64,000 nucleotides of DNA. Source: an uncultured Campylobacteraceae bacterium. Its GTDB lineage: Bacteria > Campylobacterota > Campylobacteria > Campylobacterales > JALSKU01. The position numbers and the translations under genes were made by a program. A model generated the notes under the pieces. That model made no database searches, was not told the origin of the DNA, and saw only the letters and a list, made by a program, of their open reading frames with translations. Below are positions 1 to 8,911 of this stretch, piece after piece (the first letter of the stretch is position 1; the number at the start of each line of letters is the position of its first letter). Where the stretch lies: contig CAZKWE010000009.1 of assembly GCA_964556545.1 (NCBI GenBank), forward strand, positions 17,448 through 81,447. Direction: 5' to 3'.

Positions 1-803
1 TTAAATTCGGCTGGATAGAATCAAACATTATCGATTTTTCAAATATTGCACTTGATATAGAAACCTTAAATAAAGAAGCCATGAAAAATACTTATGATAT
101 AACCGCCATAAGTTTCGGAATGTATCCAAAGATAAAAGATGAGTATGCACTTTTGAAAACAGCTGTCAGTTTTGGAGAAGGTTATGGTCCGAAACTTATA
201 AAGAAAAAAAACAAACCCCTAAAAAGAAAATTCAAGGTAGCACTAAGTGGTGAAAACACCACCAATGCATTGCTCTTTCGCATAGCATATCCGGATGCCA
301 AAATAGTATATAAAAACTTTTTGGAAATCGAAAAAGCCGTACTTGAAAATGAAGTTGATGCAGGAGTTTTAATACATGAGAGCATACTTGATTTTGATGA
401 AAGCTTAGAGGTTGAAAGAGAATTATGGGATATTTGGCTTGATTTGGCAAAAGAAGAATTGCCTCTACCTCTGGGCGGAATGGCACTAAGAAGATCAATA
501 CCGTTAAATGTAGCCATAGAGAGCGAAGAAGTATTGACAAAAGCTGTAAAGATAGCAAGCTCCAATGCAAGACTTGCTTCAGAAATGTTACTTGAGAGAA
601 ACCTTATAAGAGTTGACAAAGAAAAATTAAAACACTATCTAAATCTTTACGCAAACAAAAATTCCATAAGTATGAACGACATACAAAAAAAAGCCGTAGA
701 TAAACTTTTTAAAATAGGATACGAAAGCGGTTTTTTTGATGAAGCAATCGAGTGTGAAGACTATTTTATACCATATCAATACAAAGAGTTAAGGAGTCTG
801 TAA
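1..803 (+). CDS. mqnD: MqnD-like menaquinone (futalosine pathway) biosynthesis protein, 5' end outside window
   Basis: The frame of ORF 81..803 stays open back to nt 3 (KFGWIESNIIDFSNIALDIETLNKEA-MKNTYD...), so the gene starts upstream of the window. DIETLN, VDAGVLIHES and LPLPLGG segments match my memory of the MqnD/VitK2-biosynthesis family. Confidence 0.7.
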   Translation, partial: KFGWIESNIIDFSNIALDIETLNKEAMKNTYDITAISFGMYPKIKDEYALLKTAVSFGEGYGPKLIKKKNKPLKRKFKVALSGENTTNALLFRIAYPDAKIVYKNFLEIEKAVLENEVDAGVLIHESILDFDESLEVERELWDIWLDLAKEELPLPLGGMALRRSIPLNVAIESEEVLTKAVKIASSNARLASEMLLERNLIRVDKEKLKHYLNLYANKNSISMNDIQKKAVDKLFKIGYESGFFDEAIECEDYFIPYQYKELRSL

Positions 804-1069
804 TGGAAGCGAAACTTATCGGACTTGGAGTAGAGACATTCAAAATAGCTTTATATCTATCACTGCCGATGCTGCTTTCAGGCCTTATTGCAGGACTTGC
901 GATAAGTATATTTCAGGCAACGACCCAAATAAATGAAATGACTTTGAGTTTTGTTCCGAAAATTATATTGGTTGTAGTTGTCATTATTTTTACAATGCCT
1001 TGGATGATGAATATGATGATAGAGTTTACAACTAAAATATTAAATATGATACCGACATTTATCTCCTAA
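803..1069 (+). CDS. fliQ: flagellar biosynthesis protein FliQ
   Basis: 88-aa two-helix membrane protein with the FQATTQINEMTLSFVPKI core typical of FliQ. Its start overlaps the upstream stop (TAATG). Confidence 0.85.
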   Translation: MEAKLIGLGVETFKIALYLSLPMLLSGLIAGLAISIFQATTQINEMTLSFVPKIILVVVVIIFTMPWMMNMMIEFTTKILNMIPTFIS

Positions 1070-1842
1070 TGTTTAAAACAATAGATTTTTCAAAATACAG
1101 CAGCCTAAAAATAGGTCCTATTTGCAAAGTATTCATAATAAACGAACCAAAAGATGAAAGCAATGATATGGTTATAATAGGAGGTGCAAACAACCTGTTG
1201 ATATCAAACAATCCTCCAAAACTTGCAAAATTATCAAAAAATTTTGACTATATTACAGAAAAAAACGGATTGCTTTATATCGGCGGGGCCACTCCGAGTG
1301 GAAAAATTGTAAGCTATTGCAGAAAAAATAATATCGGAGGATTTGAACTTTTACAAAAATTACCGGGTCTTGCAGGCGGTATAGTCAAAATGAATGCGGG
1401 ACTTAAAGAGTATGAAATATTTAATAATTTAATATCTGTTAAAACAAAAATTGGCTATATGAAAAAAAAAGACATAAAATACGGATATAGAAAAACCGAC
1501 ATAAAAGGTATCATTTACGAGGCAGTTTTTAAAATAGTTCCCGGTTTTAATGAGACTCTTTTTGAATGGTTTGAGAAATTAAGACAAAATCAACCCTCGT
1601 TGCCAAGTGCCGGAAGCTGTTTTAAAAATCCCAAAGACGAATATGCCGGAAGATTGCTTCAAGAGTGCGGACTAAAAGGCTTTAGGGTAGGGGGGGCAGC
1701 CTTTAGTGAAAAACATGCAAATTTTCTGGTAAATTACGGCAATGCCACATTCGACGATGCAAAAAAACTGATAGATATCGGAAAAAAGAGAGTTTTTGAA
1801 AAATTCGGCATCAATTTGAAACTTGAAATCATCATCCTATAA
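1069..1842 (+). CDS. murB: UDP-N-acetylenolpyruvoylglucosamine reductase
   Basis: 257 aa with PSAGSCFKNP, GRLLQECGLKG and HANFLVN motifs characteristic of MurB. The fliQ-murB order is typical of Campylobacterota. Confidence 0.85.
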   Translation: MFKTIDFSKYSSLKIGPICKVFIINEPKDESNDMVIIGGANNLLISNNPPKLAKLSKNFDYITEKNGLLYIGGATPSGKIVSYCRKNNIGGFELLQKLPGLAGGIVKMNAGLKEYEIFNNLISVKTKIGYMKKKDIKYGYRKTDIKGIIYEAVFKIVPGFNETLFEWFEKLRQNQPSLPSAGSCFKNPKDEYAGRLLQECGLKGFRVGGAAFSEKHANFLVNYGNATFDDAKKLIDIGKKRVFEKFGINLKLEIIIL

Positions 1843-1884
1843 TCCCTCTTCTTGCGTAAAGGCAAATTGCAAGTTAAAAACAGT

Positions 1885-1921
1885 CTTAAGGGAGCTATAT
1901 TTACCATAGAACTCCCTTAAG
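1885..1921 (-). terminator. hairpin between convergent murB and tpx, likely tpx terminator
   Basis: 10-bp perfect stem CTTAAGGGAG (1885-1894) / CTCCCTTAAG (1912-1921). On the minus strand it is followed by ACTGTTTTTA. Confidence 0.45.
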
Positions 1922-1955
1922 AGTATCAAGGATTGACAACCCGATACTTTATCCC

Positions 1956-2465
1956 CTATATAGCAGCTTTGGCAGCTTCTATGGCTTCTTGATAGTTCGG
2001 TTCTTCGGTAATTTCAGGAACTATTTGTTTGTAAGTAATTTCCCCATTTTTATTTACTACAAATATTGCTCTTGCACTTACTCCGGCAAGCGGTCCATCA
2101 GCTATCAAAACACCGTATGCATTGGCAAAGTCTTTATTTCTAAAGTCACTGCCGACACTTAAAGCTTCTATGCCTTCAATTGTACAAAATCTACCCATGG
2201 CAAAAGGTAAATCCATAGAAACAACAATTACTTCAACTCCATCAATTTTTGCTGCTTCTTCATTAAATTTTCTGGTTTCTGCAGCACACACAGGTGTATC
2301 AAGAGAAGGAACGGCAACTATAAGTTGTACCTTATCTTTTGCACCGCCTACTGCTATGTCGGCAAGATCTTTCCCTACTATTTTCACTTCCGGAGCTTTA
2401 TCTCCTACTTTTACTTCATTTCCTATTAGATTTACATCATTGCCTTTAAGCTTTGTTTTAGCCAT
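1956..2465 (-). CDS. tpx: thiol peroxidase
   Basis: 169 aa with N-terminal KGN..L.G..VKVGDKAPE and the VPSLDTPVC peroxidatic-cysteine motif of Tpx. Confidence 0.9.
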   Translation of the reverse strand: MAKTKLKGNDVNLIGNEVKVGDKAPEVKIVGKDLADIAVGGAKDKVQLIVAVPSLDTPVCAAETRKFNEEAAKIDGVEVIVVSMDLPFAMGRFCTIEGIEALSVGSDFRNKDFANAYGVLIADGPLAGVSARAIFVVNKNGEITYKQIVPEITEEPNYQEAIEAAKAAI

Positions 2466-2582
2466 TTTTTATCCCTTTTAAAATTTATCTGATCTTGCAT
2501 ACTATGTCATATCCTCAACAATATGCAAGATTCAGAATCAAATGAAATTATAGCTAAATAGGATAAATATTGTCTTAATTAT

Positions 2583-3551
2583 TTAAAAGCCACCTTTTGC
2601 TTTAAGTCTTTTTTCATACTTATGTCCAATAACAGCCAATGTAAATGTAATGGAAAAGTACATTGCCGCAACCACAAGCCATGTTTCAAAAGGCGAAAAA
2701 GTATTGGCAACAATCTCTCGACCCACTTTTGTCAAATCCGTAATGGAGATAACTGAAACCAAAGATGAATCTTTTACCAAAGCTATGACTTCTCCTACAA
2801 GTGCGGGCAAAGCTCTCTTAAGAGCTTGGGGCATTACGATATAACCCATGGTTTGTATATAATTCATACCAAGTGATTTTGATGCTTCAGTTTGCCCTTT
2901 GTCAACTGACTGTATAGCACCTCTTAATATCTCAGCTATATATGCTCCATAAAAAAGTCCCAAAGATGCCGCACCTGCAACAAATCTCTCCAAATTAAAG
3001 ATAGTAGCGATAATAAAATAAAATATAAATATTTGCACCAGAAGAGGTGTTCCTCTGATGATGGTTATATAAACAGTAGCTATATCATCTAAAAATTGAT
3101 ATCCGCTTATTCTCATAAATGTAAGCACCCAGCCTATAACAAAAGCCAAAAGAGCAGCATATGCCGATATTTCAAGCGTTACATAAAGTCCCTTTAAAAG
3201 AGGACCTGATGTCCAAGTGGTATAATATGCCAAGGTATCGCCCTCATATACCTCATCCCCGTCTTTTACAGCGATATTTTTATAACCATCAGTCGAAAGT
3301 ACTTTTTTATTGCCATCCTCACTCACAATAGTAATCTTGTCTGCATTTATTTTGACCGTTCCGTCAAACGGTGCAGCCAATTCTACTTTTTTCTCATATG
3401 CAAAGTATTTTGGAACACTGTTCCACTTCCAGACATAATTCATATGAGTAGCCGCTACATATAAAGCAAAAAGAAGAATAGAGTAGAAACCTCCGGCCAA
3501 AAAATGACCGAAGATTTTATTTTTTAAAATTGACTCTTTTTTTCGTGCCAT
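2583..3551 (-). CDS. amino acid ABC transporter permease with long N-terminal extension
   Basis: 322 aa. The C-terminal half has the polar-amino-acid permease pattern, including the EAA-type loop TEASKSLGMNYIQTMGYIVMPQALKRALPAL. Confidence 0.8.
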   Translation of the reverse strand: MARKKESILKNKIFGHFLAGGFYSILLFALYVAATHMNYVWKWNSVPKYFAYEKKVELAAPFDGTVKINADKITIVSEDGNKKVLSTDGYKNIAVKDGDEVYEGDTLAYYTTWTSGPLLKGLYVTLEISAYAALLAFVIGWVLTFMRISGYQFLDDIATVYITIIRGTPLLVQIFIFYFIIATIFNLERFVAGAASLGLFYGAYIAEILRGAIQSVDKGQTEASKSLGMNYIQTMGYIVMPQALKRALPALVGEVIALVKDSSLVSVISITDLTKVGREIVANTFSPFETWLVVAAMYFSITFTLAVIGHKYEKRLKAKGGF

Positions 3552-3554
3552 TTA

Positions 3555-4361
3555 TTATTGAACTCTTTTTAGCCATGATATATTTTTAAACCATTTGTTG
3601 TAAATTTTTTCATAAGTTCCATCGTGCTTTATCTGGTTTAAAAAATTGTCAAGCCAGTTAAGAAAATCAGGATCCCCTTTTCTTACTGCCCATCCAAGCG
3701 GTTCAAATGTAAGGTCCTTATCCCAAAAAACTATACCTTTTCCACCTCTTTTTGCCATAAACATTGCATTATAAGGCTTGTCATAAACAAATGCATCAGC
3801 TTTTCCGTTCAACAATTCTTGAACCGCATCCGCTTCGGTATCAAAAGTTCTGATTTTTGCATGTTTAAACATTCTTCTTGTTGCTATCTCTCCTGTAACT
3901 CCCAGTTTTGTAACAATTGTGTATTGTGGCTTATCCAAATCTTTCCATGATTTTTTACCTTTTGCAACACTGGCTCTTACAAGCATTGTTTGTCCTATGC
4001 TTATATATGGATTTGCGAAGTTGATTTTTAAATTTCTTTTTTGAGTGATAGTCATACCTGAAATAATCATATCATATTTACCTGCAAGCAATCCGGCTAT
4101 TATGCCATCCCAGGCTGTTGGAACTATTTTTAATTTTACTCCCATATCTTTTGCCATTTTTCTGGCAATATCTACATCAAAACCTATAATTTTACCTTTT
4201 TTATCTTTCATTTCAAAAGGCATATATCCCGGCTCCATACCTACTCTCAGCTCACCTCTTTGAACTATTTGATTCAAAGTGGATTTTTTCCACAGATTGA
4301 GATCTGATGCCATCACATTGAGGCTTAGAAATGCAAGAACTGCAACTAAAATCTTCTTCAT
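3555..4361 (-). CDS. amino acid ABC transporter substrate-binding protein
   Basis: 268 aa with a signal peptide (MKKILVAVLAFLSLNVMA) and family-3 SBP pattern (GFDVDIA, ISGMTIT..R). It lies 4 nt upstream of the permease gene. Confidence 0.8.
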   Translation of the reverse strand: MKKILVAVLAFLSLNVMASDLNLWKKSTLNQIVQRGELRVGMEPGYMPFEMKDKKGKIIGFDVDIARKMAKDMGVKLKIVPTAWDGIIAGLLAGKYDMIISGMTITQKRNLKINFANPYISIGQTMLVRASVAKGKKSWKDLDKPQYTIVTKLGVTGEIATRRMFKHAKIRTFDTEADAVQELLNGKADAFVYDKPYNAMFMAKRGGKGIVFWDKDLTFEPLGWAVRKGDPDFLNWLDNFLNQIKHDGTYEKIYNKWFKNISWLKRVQ

Positions 4362-4440
4362 GTTTTCTCCTTAAAAATTTTCTAACATAACATTTTACTT
4401 AATTTTTCTTAAAAATTGTTTACCGCAAATAAGTTTCATT

Positions 4441-4450
4441 TTGGTATAAT
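4441..4450 (+). promoter_or_regulatory. extended -10 promoter (TTGGTATAAT) driving the repeated leader, copy 1
   Basis: TGnTATAAT match lies 7-8 nt upstream of the first nucleotide conserved between the two leader copies. A similar box sits at the same position in copy 2. Confidence 0.5.
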
Positions 4451-4457
4451 CAAATGA

Positions 4458-4616
4458 AACAATCATGTTTCAAAAAACACAAACAAAAATAAAATCATGA
4501 TTGTTTCTCTCGCCGACAGGTGTAGCATAAGTTTTACCCCACAAAATTTTAAAATTTTGTTGGGACCCCAAAGTGATAGGAATTTTTGCTGGAATCCATT
4601 TCCGGCAAAAAGGAGA
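4458..4616 (+). promoter_or_regulatory. structured leader / candidate cis-regulatory RNA, copy 1
   Basis: About 95% identical to 22867..23026. It has four predicted hairpins, stem substitutions are mostly wobble-compatible, and it ends in AAAGGAGA. No ORF is conserved between the copies. Confidence 0.5.
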
Positions 4617-4670
4617 ATTTAAGGTGAAAAACCGATATAATGAGGTCTCATAATATTTAGGCAGAAAAAA

Positions 4671-5555
4671 ATGATTAATAAATTAAAAGAGTTTGGTGCG
4701 GATATAGTTCTTTTTAGTGTTGCACTCTCATGGGGTGCAACCTTTGTTATCGTACAAGATGCCATAAAAGATATTCCTGTTTTTGCATTTTTATTTTTAA
4801 GATTTTTTCTTAGTTTTTTGCTTATGTTTTTCTTCTGTTTTAAATACTTTAAACAGCTTGACAAACAACTTTTACAGGCGGGAATCTTTCTCGGGAGCCT
4901 CTTTTTTTTAGGATATGCGACACAAACATACGGACTTGTTTATACCAAATCTTCCATAGTGGCTTTCATAACAGGCTTAAATGTTATTATAGTTCCTATC
5001 GTAGTTTATATATTTTTTAGAGAAAAAGTATATATATTTTCTATTGTAGGGGCTGTTATAGCGGCTTTTGGGCTTTGGCTGCTAACTGGCGGGGGAAGTG
5101 TAGACAGTTTGGGCAAAGGGGAATTTTATTCTTTTTTGTGTGCTGTGTTTTTTGCCGTACATATTGTATTTACGGCAAAACTTTCAAAAAAATACAATAC
5201 TTTTTTACTTGTTAGCATACAACTCTTGAGTGTTGCCTTGCTTTCACTTTTAACATCTTTGGCAATTGATCCTTTTACTTTTCCAAAAGTTTATACATTT
5301 CCTGTGATATTGGCTCTTGTAACGACAGTTTTGTTTGCTACGGTTTATGCACTTTTTATGCAAACTTATATGCAACAGTTCACGACTCCCGCCAAAACTG
5401 CTATCATTTTTACAATGGAGCCGGCAAGTGCGGCTGTATTTAGCTATTTTTATGCACATGAAATTTTAAATTATACTCAAATTGCAGGAGGAATTATCAT
5501 GATGGCAGCTATGCTTATAGCCGAGATAGGTGCTTATTATAGAAATAAAATCTAA
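4671..5555 (+). CDS. EamA/DMT-family transporter
   Basis: 294 aa with about 10 hydrophobic helices and two-fold internal EamA-like organisation (SWGATFV..., TPAKTAIIFTMEPASAAVF). Confidence 0.75.
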   Translation: MINKLKEFGADIVLFSVALSWGATFVIVQDAIKDIPVFAFLFLRFFLSFLLMFFFCFKYFKQLDKQLLQAGIFLGSLFFLGYATQTYGLVYTKSSIVAFITGLNVIIVPIVVYIFFREKVYIFSIVGAVIAAFGLWLLTGGGSVDSLGKGEFYSFLCAVFFAVHIVFTAKLSKKYNTFLLVSIQLLSVALLSLLTSLAIDPFTFPKVYTFPVILALVTTVLFATVYALFMQTYMQQFTTPAKTAIIFTMEPASAAVFSYFYAHEILNYTQIAGGIIMMAAMLIAEIGAYYRNKI

Positions 5556-5563
5556 AAGTAACT

Positions 5564-6568
5564 CTAATAACCGTTTTTTGAAATTATTTTGGGGTTTATC
5601 TGTAAATCTCTCATATCGGTAAAATAATTGTGGCTGTATGCTTCGATAGCATATCTTCCTATCATAGCGGCATTATCCGAGCAGTATTTAAGTTTTGACA
5701 ATTTTAATTCAAGTCCGAATTCACCGCATAATGCAAAAATATTTTCTCTTAAACTTAAATTGGCACTTGCTCCTCCTACGATACCAAAGACTTTTATACC
5801 GTTTCTTTCTTTTTTGAGTATATTTTTTGTCTTATGAAGAAGGTGGGCAATAGCTGTTTTTTGAAAAGAAGCACAGATATCATATTTATCCTTCTCTGTC
5901 AAATCTCCAAGGGCCTCTATGGCAAGTCTTACCTGATTTTTTAAGCCCGAATAACTAAAAGCATGTCGGTTTGAATTGTATAAAGGAATAGTAAAATTAA
6001 ATCTTGAAAAATCTCCTTTTGATGCATATTCTTCCACTTTCGCTCCCCCGGGATATCCAAGCCCAAGCATTTTGGCCACTTTATCAAAACTCTCTCCGAA
6101 ACTATCATCCAAAGTGGTGGCAAGCACTTCATAATTAAAAAAATCTTTTACTCTTAAAAGCATTGTATGTCCTCCTGAAACCAAAAGGGTTATCATAGGA
6201 AAAGTACCATTTGTCTCTATAAATAAAGATGCAATATGTCCTTTTAAGTGATTGACTGCAATCAATGGAATATCCAAAGCAATGCTTAAAGCTTTTGCCA
6301 TTGTTACACCCTCTATCAAAGTAACGGAAAGTCCGGGTTCATTTGTAACTGCTACTGCTTTTAAGGCATCAAAATAAACTTTACACTCCTCTAAAATTTT
6401 TGGAAGTGCCTCAGTATGAAGCCTTGCGGCAAGCTCGGGTACTACACCGCCATACTTAGAATGTTCGCTGTCTTGAGAAATTTTTTTGTGGTATATCAAT
6501 TTTTTTGTATTTATCTCTGTTACGGCAATGGAACTATCATCGCAACTACTCTCGATACTCAGTAGCAT
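5564..6568 (-). CDS. tsaD: tRNA N6-adenosine threonylcarbamoyltransferase
   Basis: 334 aa with [21 protein letters not shown] and VSGGHT motifs of TsaD/Kae1/Gcp. Confidence 0.9.
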   Translation of the reverse strand: MLLSIESSCDDSSIAVTEINTKKLIYHKKISQDSEHSKYGGVVPELAARLHTEALPKILEECKVYFDALKAVAVTNEPGLSVTLIEGVTMAKALSIALDIPLIAVNHLKGHIASLFIETNGTFPMITLLVSGGHTMLLRVKDFFNYEVLATTLDDSFGESFDKVAKMLGLGYPGGAKVEEYASKGDFSRFNFTIPLYNSNRHAFSYSGLKNQVRLAIEALGDLTEKDKYDICASFQKTAIAHLLHKTKNILKKERNGIKVFGIVGGASANLSLRENIFALCGEFGLELKLSKLKYCSDNAAMIGRYAIEAYSHNYFTDMRDLQINPKIISKNGY

Positions 6569-7641
6569 ATCATCTCTTTTGCAAATTTTCTGACTTCTTT
6601 ATCAACTTCAAAAATATCATTAAAATTTTGTAAAGATATATCTTGAAATTTTTCATATGAAGAGAGTGTTATCTTCGAAATATCAAAAAACGATATATCC
6701 CCATTTAAAAAAGCTTCTACCCCTATCTCATTGGCTGCATTTATCACGACTCCTGCTTGAGGATTTTTAAGAACCTCATCTTTTATCTGCCATATCGGAT
6801 ACCTTTTTTCTTCAATTTTTTTAAAACTTAACTCTTTTATATCCAGCAGGTTGATATTTGATACAATTTTATGCGAAGGCTCAGACCCCAAAAGAGCATA
6901 TGATATAGGCAATCGCATATCTGCTCCTGCAAAATGGGCAGTTGTGCTTCCGTCTTTAAATTCCAAAAGCGCATGAATAATAGAGTTTTTTTCGATAACC
7001 GCATCAACACTGTCCGTATCAAAAAGCCATTTTGCCTCTAAAAGTTCAAAAAGCTTATTTGTCATTGTCGCACTGTCTATACTTATCTTTTTGCCCATTT
7101 TCCAATTCGGATGATTTAAAGCATTACTTGCTTTTTGATTTTTTATATCAGATATATCCATATCTCTAAAAGGACCTCCGCTTGCAGTCAGGATAATCCT
7201 CTTTATTGTTCTGTCGTTTAGCATATACCATACGGCAAAATGCTCGCTATCTATGGGGATAATTTTTGAACTATCTACAAAAGCTCCGGCAACTACCAAA
7301 CTCTCTTTATTTGCAAGAGCCAGTTTCTTATCCAGTTTTAATGCTTCAAGAGTAGGCACAAGACCCAAAAAACCGACCAGAGCATTTACAACCAATTTGC
7401 TTTTGGATATATTTATAGCTTCAAGTATTCCCTCTTCCGCATAAAAAACTCTATCATGTTTCACATAAGGAATTAACTCTTTTTTTGCTACTGCTACAAA
7501 CTTGGGACGAAACTCTTTTATTTGAGTATTTAAAAGTTTTATATTGCTTCCTGCTACCAGAGTTTCTACTTCAAGATTAAACTCTCTTGCTATATTTAAA
7601 ACATTAACCCCGATAGAGCCTGTGCTGCCAAGAAGTATCAA
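6559..7641 (-). CDS. dxr: 1-deoxy-D-xylulose-5-phosphate reductoisomerase
   Basis: 360 aa with [17 protein letters not shown] and [21 protein letters not shown] motifs. Confidence 0.9.
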   Translation of the reverse strand: MILLGSTGSIGVNVLNIAREFNLEVETLVAGSNIKLLNTQIKEFRPKFVAVAKKELIPYVKHDRVFYAEEGILEAINISKSKLVVNALVGFLGLVPTLEALKLDKKLALANKESLVVAGAFVDSSKIIPIDSEHFAVWYMLNDRTIKRIILTASGGPFRDMDISDIKNQKASNALNHPNWKMGKKISIDSATMTNKLFELLEAKWLFDTDSVDAVIEKNSIIHALLEFKDGSTTAHFAGADMRLPISYALLGSEPSHKIVSNINLLDIKELSFKKIEEKRYPIWQIKDEVLKNPQAGVVINAANEIGVEAFLNGDISFFDISKITLSSYEKFQDISLQNFNDIFEVDKEVRKFAKEMICY

Positions 7642-8406
7642 TTATGCCAATCCTCTTAAAAGTATCGCCATAACCACTCCTGCAAAAAGATAGCCGTCTA
7701 CTCTATCTAAAACACCTCCATGCCCGGGAAGAACGGATCCGCTGTCTTTTACTCCTGCTTCTCTTTTTAAATAACTCTCAAACAAATCTCCGTAAATACT
7801 TGATAAAGAAGTTAAAACGGAAACAAGCAAACTAAGCCAAAAATTCACATAGCTTAAACCGTAAAAAGCTCCTACTATCGTGGCAACAGCGACTCCCCCA
7901 ACTACTCCTTCGACAGTTTTGTTTGGAGAAATAGAAGAAAATTTTCTTTTTCCAACACTTTTTCCGACAAAATACGCTCCACTATCCGTAAGCACTACTA
8001 TAATAACAAGCCAAATAAGTATACCCATGCCAAAATCATGATAGAGAGCCAAAATAAATAAAAAAGGTGTCATCGGATATAAAAATGGGTAAAGAAGTTT
8101 AAAATCAACCTTTTTTTCAAACAGCATTATTGATACGGCAACAATAAGAACCAAAAACGACAAATCATCCGGATTCGGATAAAAAAGTGCTATAAACCAA
8201 ATGATAAGTGCCAAAGAGTAAAGAATATTACTTTTGATCTTAAAAAGATTGATACTCTCATGCATTGAAAAGATATAAGCCACTCCCAAAAAAAGCCATG
8301 TTAAAAAATAGTTATCTATCAAGCCAATTAATCCTACTGCAATTACCAAAAACAGTGCAGTCAAATATCTTTCTTTGTCTTTTGCAAATTTTTCTTTTAT
8401 ATTCAT
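7642..8406 (-). CDS. cdsA: phosphatidate cytidylyltransferase
   Basis: 254-aa polytopic membrane protein with the C-terminal signature [27 protein letters not shown]. Confidence 0.9.
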   Translation of the reverse strand: MNIKEKFAKDKERYLTALFLVIAVGLIGLIDNYFLTWLFLGVAYIFSMHESINLFKIKSNILYSLALIIWFIALFYPNPDDLSFLVLIVAVSIMLFEKKVDFKLLYPFLYPMTPFLFILALYHDFGMGILIWLVIIVVLTDSGAYFVGKSVGKRKFSSISPNKTVEGVVGGVAVATIVGAFYGLSYVNFWLSLLVSVLTSLSSIYGDLFESYLKREAGVKDSGSVLPGHGGVLDRVDGYLFAGVVMAILLRGLA

Positions 8407-8569
8407 TACAACCGGCCTTATATATTTTTGTGATTATCCCACATTATGCATTAGAAGTTTATTAAACCTAAATTATGCATTAGAAATTAACAAATTAGCA
8501 CCAATCATTTGCCAATAGGGGTTTTGGCGAATTGTTAATACACACTTTTAAATCAGTATTGCTTAGGTA

Positions 8570-8890
8570 CTATACTTTAATATCAAGAAGATGAGTATTT
8601 TGTTTTTTCTCTTTTATCTTTTTTTCTATTTTATTCATAAATTTCTCTTCCTCTTCTTTTTCTCCACTTTCTTCATCTTTTTTTTGTTTTTCATGCTCGT
8701 GCTCAGGGTCTATTTTGTATGTCTCTTCAGCAGGTCTTACTTCTTCAATTTCTTTTTCTTTTTCTTTTAAAAGCTCTGCTGCTACAACATTTTGAAGATC
8801 TATTTTATTTTGAAAATCTATCTGTTTGGCTGCAGGTATTTGCATATTTTGATTTGCATAAATAGCGCCGCCCAATGGAGTTATGGCCAT
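8570..8890 (-). CDS. hypothetical Glu/Lys-rich protein
   Basis: 106-aa ORF with a good SD (GGAAGGA 6 nt upstream). It has a low-complexity acidic/basic C-terminal half and I recognise no family. Confidence 0.45.
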   Translation of the reverse strand: MAITPLGGAIYANQNMQIPAAKQIDFQNKIDLQNVVAAELLKEKEKEIEEVRPAEETYKIDPEHEHEKQKKDEESGEKEEEEKFMNKIEKKIKEKKQNTHLLDIKV

Positions 8891-8911
8891 GATAAATCCT
8901 TCCGCACTTGC

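Noticed and set aside
4515-4616. Possible c-di-GMP-I (GEMM-I) riboswitch identity for the repeated leader
   Set aside because: ACAGGYGUAGCA and GGGACCCCAAAG loosely resemble the ACAGGGCAAACC and GGGACGCAAAGCC segments of Vc2. However, the conserved second-hairpin sequences and the tetraloop/receptor arrangement I remember are absent. The resemblance is too weak to call without a covariance-model search.
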